Part shown: one piece after another, positions 25,509 through 38,685 of the stretch
Numbering within the stretch: position 1 is the first letter of the stretch
Layout: the number at the start of each line of letters is the position of its first letter
Origin: Spongospora subterranea f. sp. subterranea
Lineage: Eukaryota
Assembly: GCA_049724395.1 (NCBI GenBank)
Contig: JAUGWO010000139.1
Span: forward strand, 124,001-169,192
Direction: 5' to 3'
Length of the DNA stretch: 45,192 nt
Notes under the pieces: model-generated
Told to the model about the DNA's origin: nothing
Seen by the model: only the letters and a program-made list of their open reading frames with translations
The model's database searches: none
Translations under genes and position numbers: made by a program

Positions 25509-28500
25509 TTAGATATAAATCGATTTCACTAGATGTTTCTCTGATTGTGCATATTCGGCCGCCGCTTTCGCCTTTAACTTGAGCTGGAACAGCTCCAATT
25601 GCTGATCGGGGCTCAGGTTGATCGGTGCCAGCGAATGGCCATGATGATCAGAGGGCGACAATGAACCGGCCACGACCGTCCCTTTGCGATCCTTGACCGG
25701 CACCGCCTTCCTCCCCGCCTCGTTCTCCTTCTCCCTCGACACGCTCAGGCACCTACTCAACAGCTCCCGTTCGATCGCCGCCCTCGACAACGGCGCTTTC
25801 CTCATGGCCGCATCCAACTCTCTCCTCTCCACGATCATCTTCTGTCGTTGTCTCAGGAGGTCGACCCGTTCCTGTTCCATCCTCCTCTGTTCCTCCTGTA
25901 CGAACGCCCTCATCTCGTCGATCTCCTTCCCCGCCCTCCGATGCTGTGATTCATCCCCTTCCATCCCATGTCTCAACCGCTTCACCTCCTGCAGATCGCA
26001 TTGTGTCTTATTATACGCCACCACCACCAGCTCCGCCTGCCCTTTCACCTTCTGTCCGAGGTTCATCACCTCCCTCATCCGCATCTCCAGCTCCCTTCTC
26101 TGCTCGGTCATCTGGCGCATGGCGCCGTCGTACCGCCCCTTGTCCGTCTCGATCCGGCTCCTGATCTCGCTGGCCAGCTCCCGCTCCTTCCTCGCCGCTT
26201 CCCCTTCGGCCAGGATCATCTTCTGCGCTTGGCTGAACGCCTTCTGCCCGGACGCCTCGGCCGATATCGCCTCGGCCAGTTTTGATTGCGCCTTCTCGCG
26301 TAGGAAGGCGATCTCGGCTTGAGCGGCGGACGTCTCCATCTTCCAATCCTTGACGTTCCGCTCGAACTGTCTCTTCTCCTGAACAACCGGCAACGGTCAG
26401 GTGGCGATGATTCACAGATGAACGATCCCCGCTCAGCACCTCCATCAGCGCCGCTCGTTCGTGAGTGATTTGGGATTTCGACTGAGTCGATTCGTTGATC
26501 CAGAACTCCTGTAGTGAATATATTCGGGTTTCTTCATCCTGTAATCGCATCCGTTCCGCATTGTGCTCCAATCTCAGGTTCTCGAATGTGGCGATCACCT
26601 GTCAGCGGGATATTGAACCCCGGTTAGAACCCCCTTTTCCACGACCGATCACCGCCATTACATTTTGATGTCTTTTGATGTCGTCCTGTAATTTCCTCTC
26701 CTTCTCGGCCAATAACCGTTCCCGCGATTCGGTATCGGCCCGTCGTAGCTCATCGCCCTTGGATATCTCGCTCCTCACCTCCCGTTCGATCCCCTCAATG
26801 GTCTGGGCCGATCTCGCCACCGTCTCCGACAGTGTCGACAATATCGTCCCGTCGCTGTTCACCCGTTTGGTCGCCGCCATCTCGATCTCGTGTATTCGCC
26901 GCTGGCTCTCCAGCGCCTCTTCCCTCAGCCGATCTTTCGCCATCATCGCCGACGAATGAAGCGCATTCAAATGATCAATATTTGCTGTCGCTTTCTTTTC
27001 CTCCTCTAATCTGATCTGAACCCCAAGTCAGTCAATCTCGTGATGATGATCGCCCCCTCCCCCCTAATTCACCTCAATCTCCCTATCGTGCCCCAATTTC
27101 GCCTGAGCCAGCAGCTGATCCTGATGGTGAATCGCTTCCTCCCTCATCCTCTTCCTCATACTCTCTAGCTCGCTCTGGGCGTTGCTCAACAACCCCTTCT
27201 CCCTCGCTAAACTATCGGATAACTGTCTGATCTGTGATTGTGCAGCGATCAGGTTCATCTCCATCAACCCAGGCGATCGATTATATTCCAGATCTGTCGG
27301 TGAAGGGTTCAAGGGCGTATTGGATTGTTGGGAAAACGATGTTCTTTGATCCGAATTCATTTCTAGTTTCGCGGGTTTGATCTCAACAGGGTGTTGTTGT
27401 TGGTCCAAAATCGATCGGGACGGAGCGACCTGGTTCAATAGCGCGGTCTCTGCTTGGGGTTTGGGCGGCGATAACAGCGAAGGGGAAGGAGGGATTCGGT
27501 TGAGGTGACGAGAACATCGGTGGCGATATAGGTTGAGTTGGCGTTGGTGTCGAATAGACCTCGACAGGATTCGGTTGAGATGGCGATGGCGATAGAACAG
27601 GCACCGTTGGTTGAGCTGAATCTTTCGCTTTCAGCCCTAGCACCTCAGCTAACGACGATCGTCGATGGTTGACGCCGCCCGGTTGATTATTATTGGTGGT
27701 ACCGGCGGCGATCCCTGAATCTTCGTCCGAATTGAGAGCGCGTCGTCCAGCTCGAGCTGGTATTGGGATCCGTCTCGATCCCGTATTCGGTGTTGGAGTA
27801 TATCCCCCCGTATTCACCACACCATTATCGGAGCTGGGCAACGGCGATTCGATCGACTGGCGCCTTGGCTGTTGGATCGGCTCGTTCTGATCGTGACCAA
27901 ACCCATCGTCGAGACCCGCTAAGAAATCATCATCGGACGACTAAAACCCCCACTGTAAATCGATCCAAATCGGAACTAGATTCTGTTGATCCAACTCACA
28001 AACTCAATTGAGCTGGCCCGTTGCGCTTTGGTTCCGACGACAGGCGTTGATGGATTGGCCGTGATTGTCGCTGATGGCGCCATCGCTAATCATCGCAAAA
28101 TATCGACTCAATATCCCAATCGCGAACGACCCACCGCCCCCAAACAATCCTACCCATTCCAGCTCCATTCTTCATGATCGACTCCGATAGCGATCTCTCA
28201 GCCTCCTCTTCCTCCGCCAATTTCTGCAGCGCTTCCTCCCGCGACGTCGTCGTTGGGCTGGCGACTTTCCTCCCCCCCGTTCTTCGTATCCTTCTTCCTC
28301 GTTGGTTTCCCTGGTGGTTTCCCGGTCGCATTGCCGGGTTTGATGTGCGGTTTGACGGTTGTCGGTCCCCCTAACCCATCAAACAGACTATCCTCTAACG
28401 ACCTGATATATCCTCAACACGATCAGTTATTCTATCGATAACGATCATGGTCATCATCATCCTCACCCTAGGCCATTACTATCCGAATCTTTGGCCGCCT

Positions 28501-28718
28501 CTCGATCGGGACGTGGCTGAACCGGCCCAGATGACTTCCTGGCGATCGGTTTCGCTATATCGGAACACCAGGGAATATGAGACAGAGGGACCGATGGCGT
28601 ATTTCTTGGGACAATCGCAATTACCCGATCTAAGAGCCGCTGCTGGTTTATGATCATCGTCCGAATCCGTCAGCAATAACGAGTTCAGTTTATCGTCGTC
28701 GATATCGGATTCCGACAT
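25509..28718 (-). CDS. Large low-complexity + coiled-coil protein, possibly FBF1-like (transition fibre), multi-exon
   Basis: A chain of minus-strand ORFs (28479-28718, 28086-28331, 27383-27841, 27064-27438, 26602-26970, 26011-26598, 25509-26393) separated by intron-like gaps. It has an acidic/Pro-rich N-half and a long E/R/K/Q heptad C-half. The FBF1 label rests on architecture only. Confidence 0.45.
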
Positions 28719-28983
28719 CGTCGTTATTGATTCAACAACTGGAACTCGTACCGATATCGATCCACATAAAAAACCCAGAGATGATGATCAGACCCAGCCA
28801 GAGCAAAGAAAAACTAACAACACCTGGAATCCGTTGCCCAAATTGTGAATTGTCCCGATTTCGGCCATGGGCCCAGTCGGATGGCGATTTATAAAGATCA
28901 AACTGACACAATAATGAGCAGATGGTTCTTGTGCATTCGCATATAAAAAGCAATGTGTTTATGGAAAATCAATTGTTGAAAAA

Positions 28984-29487
28984 TTATTCAGCTGGGGCGT
29001 CAACTAGGTCGGGCATCTGTTCATCGTCGGCGGCGGCCGTTTCGAAGTTGTCGACCAGGTCGGGTACGTCGTCATCATCGTCGGCGGCGGTCTGGGCATT
29101 GCCAGCCTGTTTGCTGTACTGCTCGACGATGTGCTTTAGGTTGTCCATGGTCTCGGGCCCGAGCTGGGAGTAGATCCCGGGCATCAGCGCCGACAGCTCC
29201 TTGTCCTCGCAATTACCGCTGACGACGTATGTGTTGGCGGGGACGGCGGCCTGGACCTTGGGGTTCGCGAAGTGGATCACGCGCCCGTCCGATTTGAACA
29301 GGTTCACCTCCTCAATCCCGGGGATCGTGTTCACGTTCAGCTTCTTCAACGTGCTCTGCAGGCGCTTATCGTCTTGGGTCGCCGTCTTACGAACAGCTTT
29401 CTTTTTACGGCGAACGGTTCCGCGTCCACCGGTCCGGGCGGTCGACCCGAACTTGGCCTGAATTTTGGCGCGCGTCTCAGCATCCAT
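28984..29487 (-). CDS. BTF3: Nascent polypeptide-associated complex subunit beta (BTF3/EGD1)
   Basis: RTGGRGTVRRKKKAV, DDKRLQSTLKKLNVNTIPGIEEVNLF, HFANPKVQA, LMPGIYSQLGPE, DDDDVPDLVDNFE. Confidence 0.95.
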   Translation of the reverse strand: MDAETRAKIQAKFGSTARTGGRGTVRRKKKAVRKTATQDDKRLQSTLKKLNVNTIPGIEEVNLFKSDGRVIHFANPKVQAAVPANTYVVSGNCEDKELSALMPGIYSQLGPETMDNLKHIVEQYSKQAGNAQTAADDDDDVPDLVDNFETAAADDEQMPDLVDAPAE

Positions 29488-30020
29488 GATTGAAATATTA
29501 GTGGATAGGTCCTTGAAATCGATAGGATGTCGTCCGACCACCTCTATCAGTGATTGCGCAATTACCGGACTGAGGTTAGTCCGCAGTCCGTACGGACTAT
29601 CAGATAAATGACTCTGCTCCCTATGTCGGGAGTGTATGTATGGGGGATGGTGGCGCTACACCACGGGCAATGGCCGAGGACCAACGTGTATGTCGGGGTA
29701 AGTCCAATACAGGGTTGGACGAGGCGATAGATCGGAGGGCGATACGACCAATAAACAACCGGGTTGGATTGAGATTAGGGGTAGGGAGATAGAATACGGG
29801 ATCGAATTTGATCTCAGAAGTGGACAATATCGAGCGATAGATAGAATTTCGAAAGAGAAATCGTGTAGCTGAATAAAACCATATCGGGTTCAACTTTTGA
29901 ACCCGTTCAAAGGGCTATGTTCCTGAGGGCGATCAGATGTTGGGGTCTGAGCACGTGAGATATTCTGAATCACGCCAGCAGTGGTTGCCAGTCGGCGCGC
30001 GCCAATTCTATCTGATATCG

Positions 30021-30569
30021 ATGACATCGTCAACCACATCCGTTCAGCAATCATCGTCACCAGCTTCAATAATACCCAAGATCTTGACGAACCCATTCGA
30101 CTCTCCAACAACAACGTTGACCGTTCCCGTTCATGTGATTGCCCCAGTGATTTCCGTTGGCGTTATCAATGAGAAAACAAACACCGTCACCAATGAAAAG
30201 TCGATCGTCGGCTTGTTCGAGGCGGCGACATTATCGCCAGACATGGTGAATCACAGCGAGAAGAAACTGTCGCCGAGTAGTGCACCCTTGAAGTCAGCCG
30301 TCAAAGAAGTGCTGAAAGCGGGAAGGTTTAAAGTGAAAGACATCACGTATGAGGAGGCATTTCAAGGAAATCAACAGGGCGTCACTCGCCGGAGGAGTCT
30401 CACCTCGGGAATGCTCAAATCAAAACACGAATTCGATTCTGAGGCTTTGCAGGCTCTGGATTCGGCCAAGGCGGCAATACTTCGCATTATTGCCGAAAGG
30501 GATCGTCTGGCGGCTGAAAACGTCCGACTTCGCCTGAAAAACGAAGAACTTCGGCAAATGATATCTTAG
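30021..30569 (+). CDS. Hypothetical protein with an RFxV motif and a C-terminal leucine zipper
   Basis: Ser/Thr-rich N-terminus, GRFKV motif and terminal heptads RDRLAAENVRLRLKNEELRQMI. Confidence 0.55.
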   Translation: MTSSTTSVQQSSSPASIIPKILTNPFDSPTTTLTVPVHVIAPVISVGVINEKTNTVTNEKSIVGLFEAATLSPDMVNHSEKKLSPSSAPLKSAVKEVLKAGRFKVKDITYEEAFQGNQQGVTRRRSLTSGMLKSKHEFDSEALQALDSAKAAILRIIAERDRLAAENVRLRLKNEELRQMIS

Positions 30570-31611
30570 CTTGTTCGTGGTTAACTTCATCGCAAATAAC
30601 AATGTTTATATATATCTCAAATGTCCCTAAATATTATACACAGCAGCTGTAAATGCTTTGGACTGCTAACAATCTGATGATTGATTATTAACCCAGGATT
30701 AACAACTTGAGCCAGATTCATATTGCTTCTAAAGAATTAACATGTTGGGCCAATCAGGCCCAGACACGCCTGATATACGGTTTCCGTTGAATAGTTCATG
30801 CATTATTACTTCCGAGGTACGGGCTCGAACATTGTTCCTTGATCTGGAGCCTTCGCGCAAGGCAACAACTGTTCTCACACAGAGAAAGACGTAGGAAATC
30901 TCATGAGGAAGGCCGAACATAGCTGGCCAAGGCAGAACTCGAACATAGCCGGTGGACTTGCAACAGGATGCTCAATTAACCTGAGAACAGTTGGCCACAT
31001 TTTTCGACTTCTACCAAGTTGTATCGAAACATCTGAAGATCTGTGAGTTGAGACACTCAGATCTGTATATTGCCAAAATATTCCTCAGAACTTCAACTTG
31101 TTTAGGGGACGTTTGTTATGAGAGGTTGCTGTTTGTGTTTGCAATTTTATTTTTTATAAGCTCTACAAACGGTGAATTCAGTCAACTTTCGCATCCCCTA
31201 TCATGTTTGGTGTTCGACATTAGGCCAAACACGTGTGTGCGAGTATCTCTGTCCAAGTCATGAGCCGACTGCGTCGTGAAACCGGTCTGGGTCGGACGAA
31301 GGTCGGGACGATGTTGTGTCGAGCCAAACCCTACACTGAGGTGGGTCGAACGGACCTCACTAGGGACCTCAGTCAGACCAGGCTGTTTTTAGAACTGGAC
31401 TAACTGCAACGACAGTCAGCGACGATCTTTGGCGAACGCGGTTGAAGCGAGCCGTCGGCCATAAGTGGTGAGCGGTAACGAGTTGACAGTAGTCAGGTGT
31501 ACCTTCATTGCAGTCTGATGGTGTGCACAGTATATGTGGCCCCGCCGCTGGCCCGAATCACCGGTAGAACATATCGGTCCCAGTGCAATGTAAAAGCGTC
31601 ACTTTGATTAG

Positions 31612-32762
<1,151 letters not shown>

Positions 32763-32902
32763 AGCTGAATTCAATAAATGTTTCCAATTTCCCCCATTAT
32801 CAAGCTTTATTCAGTAATACCGTGGAAAGCGGAATGGCATGGATTTCGTTGAATTTATTTAATTAATATTATATTATGGGTATACTAAGCTGAAACCCCA
32901 TT

Positions 32903-35576
32903 TTATCTGGATTTCCAGAAGAGTGATTCTGAATGTGTTGGTGCGGCATTAACAACAAGTGCCCTAAACGCCTTGGTCAGTGGTACCAAGTATTGCCATT
33001 TCACTACGAATCGGTCTCGAGCTCGTCGACGTTCCTTGACTTGACTCCTCCAGGTCGTGAATGCATTCTGCTGACGCCGAGCGCGGATCCATTTGGCCAT
33101 CGCCCAAATCTTTCTGCGAATATCATCGAACAGCAGTGCTGTATTCAATTGAATCCTGCGAACACGACGAGATCTCGACCTGAATACGTATGATCTCCAA
33201 GCGGCGAACAGGGTTGATACACCCGTCGCGTACGATCCATCACATCGTCTAGTCCAACGTTCAAGAGCGTCATGAAACACACGCTCCACCAATCGGCAGT
33301 GCCGGACACGGTCTCGCCAGCGTTGCCATAACCGCCGCCATTGACGATTTTCGTGATGCAACTCAATCCGTAGTAAAATTTGATTAAGTCGGACCCTGAA
33401 CAGAGCGTGCGACGCCCAATCAAGAATATATCGCCGCTTTCGACGCTTCAAAATCATGCTCAACACTGAATTGTAATGGCGCTGTGCCCTCGAATTCTTT
33501 CTCCAGTTCGCCAACATCCGTGCTTGCATGCGCCTAGGATATACCAGTTTCTTTATCAACTTTCGCGTCTCAGATCGACTCTCAAAGATCAAGACCCAGT
33601 GTCTGAAACGCCCATTCAATGATTCATAGCGTCGGTGCTCGTCGTTCCGTACGATAGCGTCCCTGATCCGTTCAAATCTGCCACGCCAACGTCTCAGTGT
33701 CCTCTGCATGATGCGGAATCCCCCTAAAGCCCGAACATGGCGATCGAGATCATTGGCGTAGAGCAACGATTGCCAGTTGGAAAATGAAACATGTCTGACG
33801 CGTCGATCATAAATCTTACTCGCTAGCGTCACCAATTTTTCAGACTCGTCTTGTTTGACGTCGTCATCGGCGCGATCGGCAACTACAACTCGGCATCGAT
33901 CGTTGACATTGTTCAGCATATCCTTGAACGTGATGGAAGGTGCGACGGCTCGTGGTTGCCCATTCAGGTGTTGGTTCATGTTGTCTCGCTGTTCGATCCG
34001 TCGCAGGGTCTGGTGGCGCCAACGGCAGAAATACGGGGCCTTGGAGAAGATGCTGGCAGCAGTCTCCTGTTGCCTCAGAAAACAATTCGCGCTGCCTTCG
34101 TAGATACCAGATCGTCATCGTCTCTCGCAGACGACGAATTCGCACACGTTGGACAACTGACAAGAGTAAGGCTATTTTGCTGTCGTAAACGAGTCCAGTT
34201 TGCCGAGATTCATGCAGCCAGGATGCCATGACTAAATGCAGCAACATTTTTGGGCGCCGAGAAGCCAATTGCTGAAGACAGCGATTTCGCTCTTTTCGAA
34301 GCGCCGCAGAATTTCGAAGGGAAATCAGAAAGAGCTGGGCAACGGCGCGCTCTTTTAACGTCGCTGTCAGTTGAAGTTTCATCAAAATACTGGATAAGGT
34401 TGTGGAAGGTTTCTTCTTGACAGGTTTGCGAACCACCTTACCCATCGCCATCGGTTCTAGCCGGCGAACAGCGGTCGCCATATCCCGTCGAAGATTGACG
34501 GCGATAGTGCGATTGACTTTGATCGAGTCGGATAGCTCCTCAATCGCACCAACAAGGCCGATTTCTTCCAGACGCTGCTGTTTCTTCATCGACGATATTT
34601 TCTCACCAATCACTTGAATTCCATACCGATACAATTGGACAATCTTCCCAAGAGCGATCTTGTCTTCCTTTACAGGTTCGTTATCGTGTTGGATATCACT
34701 ATCGCTATTCCCCTCTTCGGCCAGAACACGTTCGACAATTTGTCCGATCAAATCAGGGCTAGCCACCTCCTTATCATTGAGCGAACTCGAAGCCATTGCA
34801 CTGGCGCGATCACAATATGGCTCGTGATTTTTGAAACTGGCATCTGTATCCCTATGTTGATCCTTATTGACGAGGCGTCTCTCTGTATCTCGCGAGGAGC
34901 GCTTTGACAGCCGCAGGTTTCTGAGCAGATCCGCCGTCGATTTTTCAACGTGTTCGTGCAAGGTTCGTTTGGCATTTTGCATTCTTTTGGCGATAGCAAC
35001 ATTGTGTGTGGCGGAGGGATCTGACACGGTCCCAGCAATGAATCCTATTCTCTTAGTTGTCTTGCCAGTTGGTTGTCTCCTATTGACAGCCCTCTTTCTA
35101 ACGCCGCACGGCGCCCTGTCGATTTTCGATATCGGCCTTGAAACGGTCATAGATGTATCTCCGGCGACAGTGATCTTGTTCCTAAAGATATCGTCGCTGA
35201 GAAGGTCATATATCGAATCAATGGTGTGATTTCCCATTTCTGGTACTACCATTTGCTCGATATTGATAGCAGAAGCGGGTCGAATTGGCTGAACCGCAGG
35301 TCGACCAGGCAGAGTTTGATGGAAAACTCTGGCTTTGGGCCTAAATTCAACCGGCTCTGCAGTTAGCAGCTCGGCAAATTTGGACATCTCAGAGTTGAAG
35401 GGATGCGACGGTTCTTGGCGAGTGAATATTGGCATTGGAGTTGAAACGCGCATCGATTCATCTGGGGATTTCCCCAGTTCATGACGGTTCATCGATGTGC
35501 AGAACCGGAAGGGCCCGTTATCCAGCGACGACGCTTCTAGTTCATCTCTGACTATATCGTGGAAGTTGCCGCCCAT
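32903..35576 (-). CDS. SFI1-like centrin-binding repeat protein; two overlapping ORFs joined near 34080
   Basis: Recurrent (F/L)xxW(R/K) units in a basic helical context (FCRWRH, FSNWQ, LRRWRG, FRHWV, LANWRK, ILDWA, WQRWRD, FAAWRS, FTTWRS), typical of Sfi1 repeats. Confidence 0.6.
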
Positions 35577-36379
35577 ATTGACTAGTTCCTGACGACGCCC
35601 ATGGTTGATGGTATTGGGCCCATCCTATGTTGAATAGTTGTGATATAATTGACGGCGATACACAAGTGGATTATAATAAAGGGGATCGATCATGGACTAT
35701 CCGTCACATCATACTATAACCATCTCGGGGATTCGACCAGATTGGGGGTTCATCCTCAGCTGGACACATTCTCCAAGGGCACTTCTTTCGATCGTTTCAA
35801 CACAACAAGGGTTGCACGAAAAAAAGCGTCCAATGAACCTATTCGAACAGAGGACAATCTTACTAAATTAAAAACCTCATTCCCGTTATTCAGTCACAAT
35901 GCATTATCTTGTTAAGGATTTCGCAACTTCTGCAGAATAAAAAATCTTCAGATATTGAAACCTCGAACAAAATATATTTGTCGTGATCAGCACACTCGTC
36001 GATCTGCATCTTCAACAAGGCAAGCAAGGAAGAAATCGCTTCCACAAACCCCAGCATTGAACTTTCTCCTTGGTTATGAATAATTACGATAAGTGATACC
36101 GATAATTTCCTGGTGATGAATTTAACTGATCTTGTGGGCCATGGCGTTGGAGTTCGATAAGAGTTGTCAGCAAATGCAGGCGAGTTCGGGCAGGAGACCG
36201 CCCTGAGTGCATGGCGTACATATTTAACAACGAGCTATTAGTTAAACCGGCGATCGCATCATCCTTGATTGCTTGTCGCTCTAAATCATGAAAATTAACA
36301 AGTCAATTTTGGAGAGAAGTGCTCAAGCTTACCGATTCCAGGAGGAAGTTCCATAAAAAGACTGAGCGGGAGGACGACG

Positions 36380-36490
36380 ATCGGACCAACTCATTGGCTC
36401 AACCCACTGTACATTATCGGACCAACTCATTGGCTCAACCCACTGTACATTATCGGACCAACTCATTGGCTCAACCCACTGTATATTATC
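36380..36490. repeat. Minisatellite, 3 x 36 bp (TCGGACCAACTCATTGGCTCAACCCACTGTACATTA)
   Basis: Copies start at 36381, 36417 and 36453, with one substitution in the third. Confidence 0.95.
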
Positions 36491-36669
36491 CACCAGTGCC
36501 TCGACTGGTTAGACTGGTTGAGGTTGGTAGATTACCCGACAAATGATCGACTATAGAGGTTATGTCGGTACAGCGCCAAATTCCTGTCACCGATTCGCAT
36601 TTCTTTGTGGATTTCAAGTCTCGAAGTTCCCTGATTTGAAAAAATTTGCCTGAAACCGTTAGCTAGATA

Positions 36670-37323
36670 AAACCGTGGGAGGCAGCCCATGGCGAAACCA
36701 TGGTATGTGTGGGCGAATATGTCAGATCTGCTGACACAGGACACGTAGTTCATCGAAGGCAAAAAGCACCTGCGATAAAGATTGGCTTTCAGCTTCTTCT
36801 AAAGATATTCAAGGCAGATGAGATGAACTCGATGCGCAAATCCGGTGTAGTCGAGGAATTCACCGAACGTGAGTAGCTGCTGCTGGACATTTCTTGTCTT
36901 ATGGATGATTATAACACTCTCCAAAAAACAAACCAAACTTCAAATGCAGCTCAGCAAGCTGGCATCGAGATGTCCGGTGATATCGTCAAACGGCTGGCCA
37001 TTGGCCATTGACGGGCCAGTAGAATTGCATCAGGTGAAGATTCTGGTGATGACAAGAGCGATGCGGATGCGGACGAAAAGGTGCTCCCCAGAAAGAAAAC
37101 TCGCAAAATCACCAAGCGCGGAAAGCACGATCAATTGATATCCACCATTCAAGGTGCGATTCATGAGTTTGCGCAATCTGAAAAGAAAAAGCTTGCAATC
37201 AACGCTGAGCAGCTCAAGCGTGATCGGGTGGAGTCGGATCGCCGTTCTGGGACGATGCACAACTGCATTGTTTTTCGTGCGCAGCTGGGAGATGTGATGA
37301 AGATGTTTATTAACAAAAAATAA
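36670..37323 (+). pseudogene. Decayed Myb/SANT-like accessory ORF of a classical Harbinger element (element A)
   Basis: KPWEAAHGETM..WANMSDLL...FQLLLKIFKADEMNSMRKSGVVEEFTERE*LLLDI resembles Harbinger Myb-like proteins. It has in-frame TAG stops and frameshifts and converges on the transposase remnant. Confidence 0.65.
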
Positions 37324-37341
37324 AATCAATAGCAAATTTGT

Positions 37342-37686
37342 TCACAGCATGGCGATCCGACTCCAGCCGATCAAGCTTAAGCTGATCAGCTTTGAGTTTA
37401 AGCGAATAAAATAGTCAAATGTGTCGGGAAACTGCCGAATTGCATTGAGATCTGGCCCTTGCAGCTGCAAGCAACAATGTGAGTTCGTCAACAATGCGGC
37501 GACCAGAAATGTTCTGCCAATTGTGAACTGGCGTACTTTCAAATTCTTGTCGTATGCGACCGTAGGCCACAGAGTTTTCAGACGGTCAAAGCTCCATTTC
37601 ACAACTTCTCTGACTGAGCTCATCGATCTATTATACCCCGATTGCCTACTAAATGGGTCGGCAGAAGTGAACGGATAAACGGCCAG
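37342..37686 (-). pseudogene. C-terminal remnant of the Harbinger (DDE_Tnp_4) transposase of element A; continues at 40325-40345 beyond the nested insertion
   Basis: YPF...YNRSMSSVREVVKWSFDRLKTLW...KNLKVRQFTIGRTFLVAALLTNSHCCL, then frameshifted QISMQFG. The catalytic E of the usual VEWSF motif is K. Confidence 0.8.
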
Positions 37687-37756
37687 GAGGCTGCGGTAAA
37701 CGGTCATTGCGCTTGCCGGAAATGCTAAAGGAAGGGGAATAATTCGACTCTGTATT

Positions 37757-38685
37757 TTAAATACAGTTATTGAATAACATTTGACGGACATCAGGTAGGG
37801 GATCTTCCGCCAGCTTGCATTGAGTCAAAATAGCGCAGGCAAAAAACACCTCAGCATGTTGCGTTCGAGAATGGCGGAAGCGTCCGTTCAGTATCAAGAA
37901 ATCCTTCAATCTCTTGTTTACAGTCTCATGCCTTGCTTGAATCAGCTTCAGACACCGGTTAACCCTACGATCAAATGCGTTGCTAGGATTATCGATGGGA
38001 GTGAAAAAATGTTGGCGTCCATCACGGTAGCCTTTGTCAGCTGATGGTTTCTCCCCAGGCAATAGCTTGGGGACTAAACATTGTCTGGCGAGACGAATGT
38101 CGGGCCATGTACCACAAGGTACTCCGCCTGCCACGTGAATAATCTTTGATGATCCGAGTGCGACACCAACTTCGTATCGTAACCCCGCATGCTTGAACTT
38201 GTGGGACATATCTTTTTTATCAAATGTACCTTGTTCTTGAATCCATAGGTCAGTGCCGTCCAAGGAAAATGACGGGCATAGACGGTTCCAATTCTCAAAT
38301 CTATCTTCAAATTTAATCTAACATATTATTAGACATGCTATTAATTCTTCGTTTGATACGATCTTACATAATTCAATTTCCCTATTAGTCTGATTCCCTT
38401 CCAAACCCATAACCTGTACGTCTTTTCAGTTATTCCAAATCGTACACATCCGACACTTTCCACTGGATAGGTTTGCAAAAAGTTGAGCGTCCACAGAAGT
38501 TGATTGCGACTAATTTCGCCTGTATGTTCCAGGTCCAACCATATTCGCAGGGTAGCTGGAAGGCTTATACCGAAATTAGAACGGTATTTCCGAGCCCAAT
38601 GCTGGGTTTTATAAGACGCTGGGTTGACACCAATTATTACTGAACAAGCATTTAGGAACCAGGAGCTGCTGTCGTCGCGCGACAT
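37757..38685 (-). CDS. DDE_Tnp_4 transposase of element B, 292 aa, exons 38685-38368 and 38317-37757
   Basis: A 50-nt GTAAGA...TGTTAG intron keeps the frame. The N-terminal helical region is LLWTLNFLQTY...TEKTYRLWVW. The catalytic triad is LDGTD / ADKGY / ARHETVNKRLK, plus SHKFKHAGLRYEVGV. There are no stops. An alternative in-frame ATG is at 38715. Confidence 0.9.

Noticed and set aside
21668..26322. Multiple long overlapping antisense ORFs in the GC-rich genes
   Set aside because: They are explained by codon bias and low-complexity sequence of the real genes on the opposite strand.
30640..31263. Possible small spliced gene on the minus strand
   Set aside because: Intron-like segments are present, but I could not assemble a consistent reading frame or recognise a product.
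36319..36546. 75-aa ORF containing three RTNSLAQPTVHY repeats
   Set aside because: It has a non-ATG start and stays open only because the 36-bp minisatellite is in frame. There is no other coding evidence.
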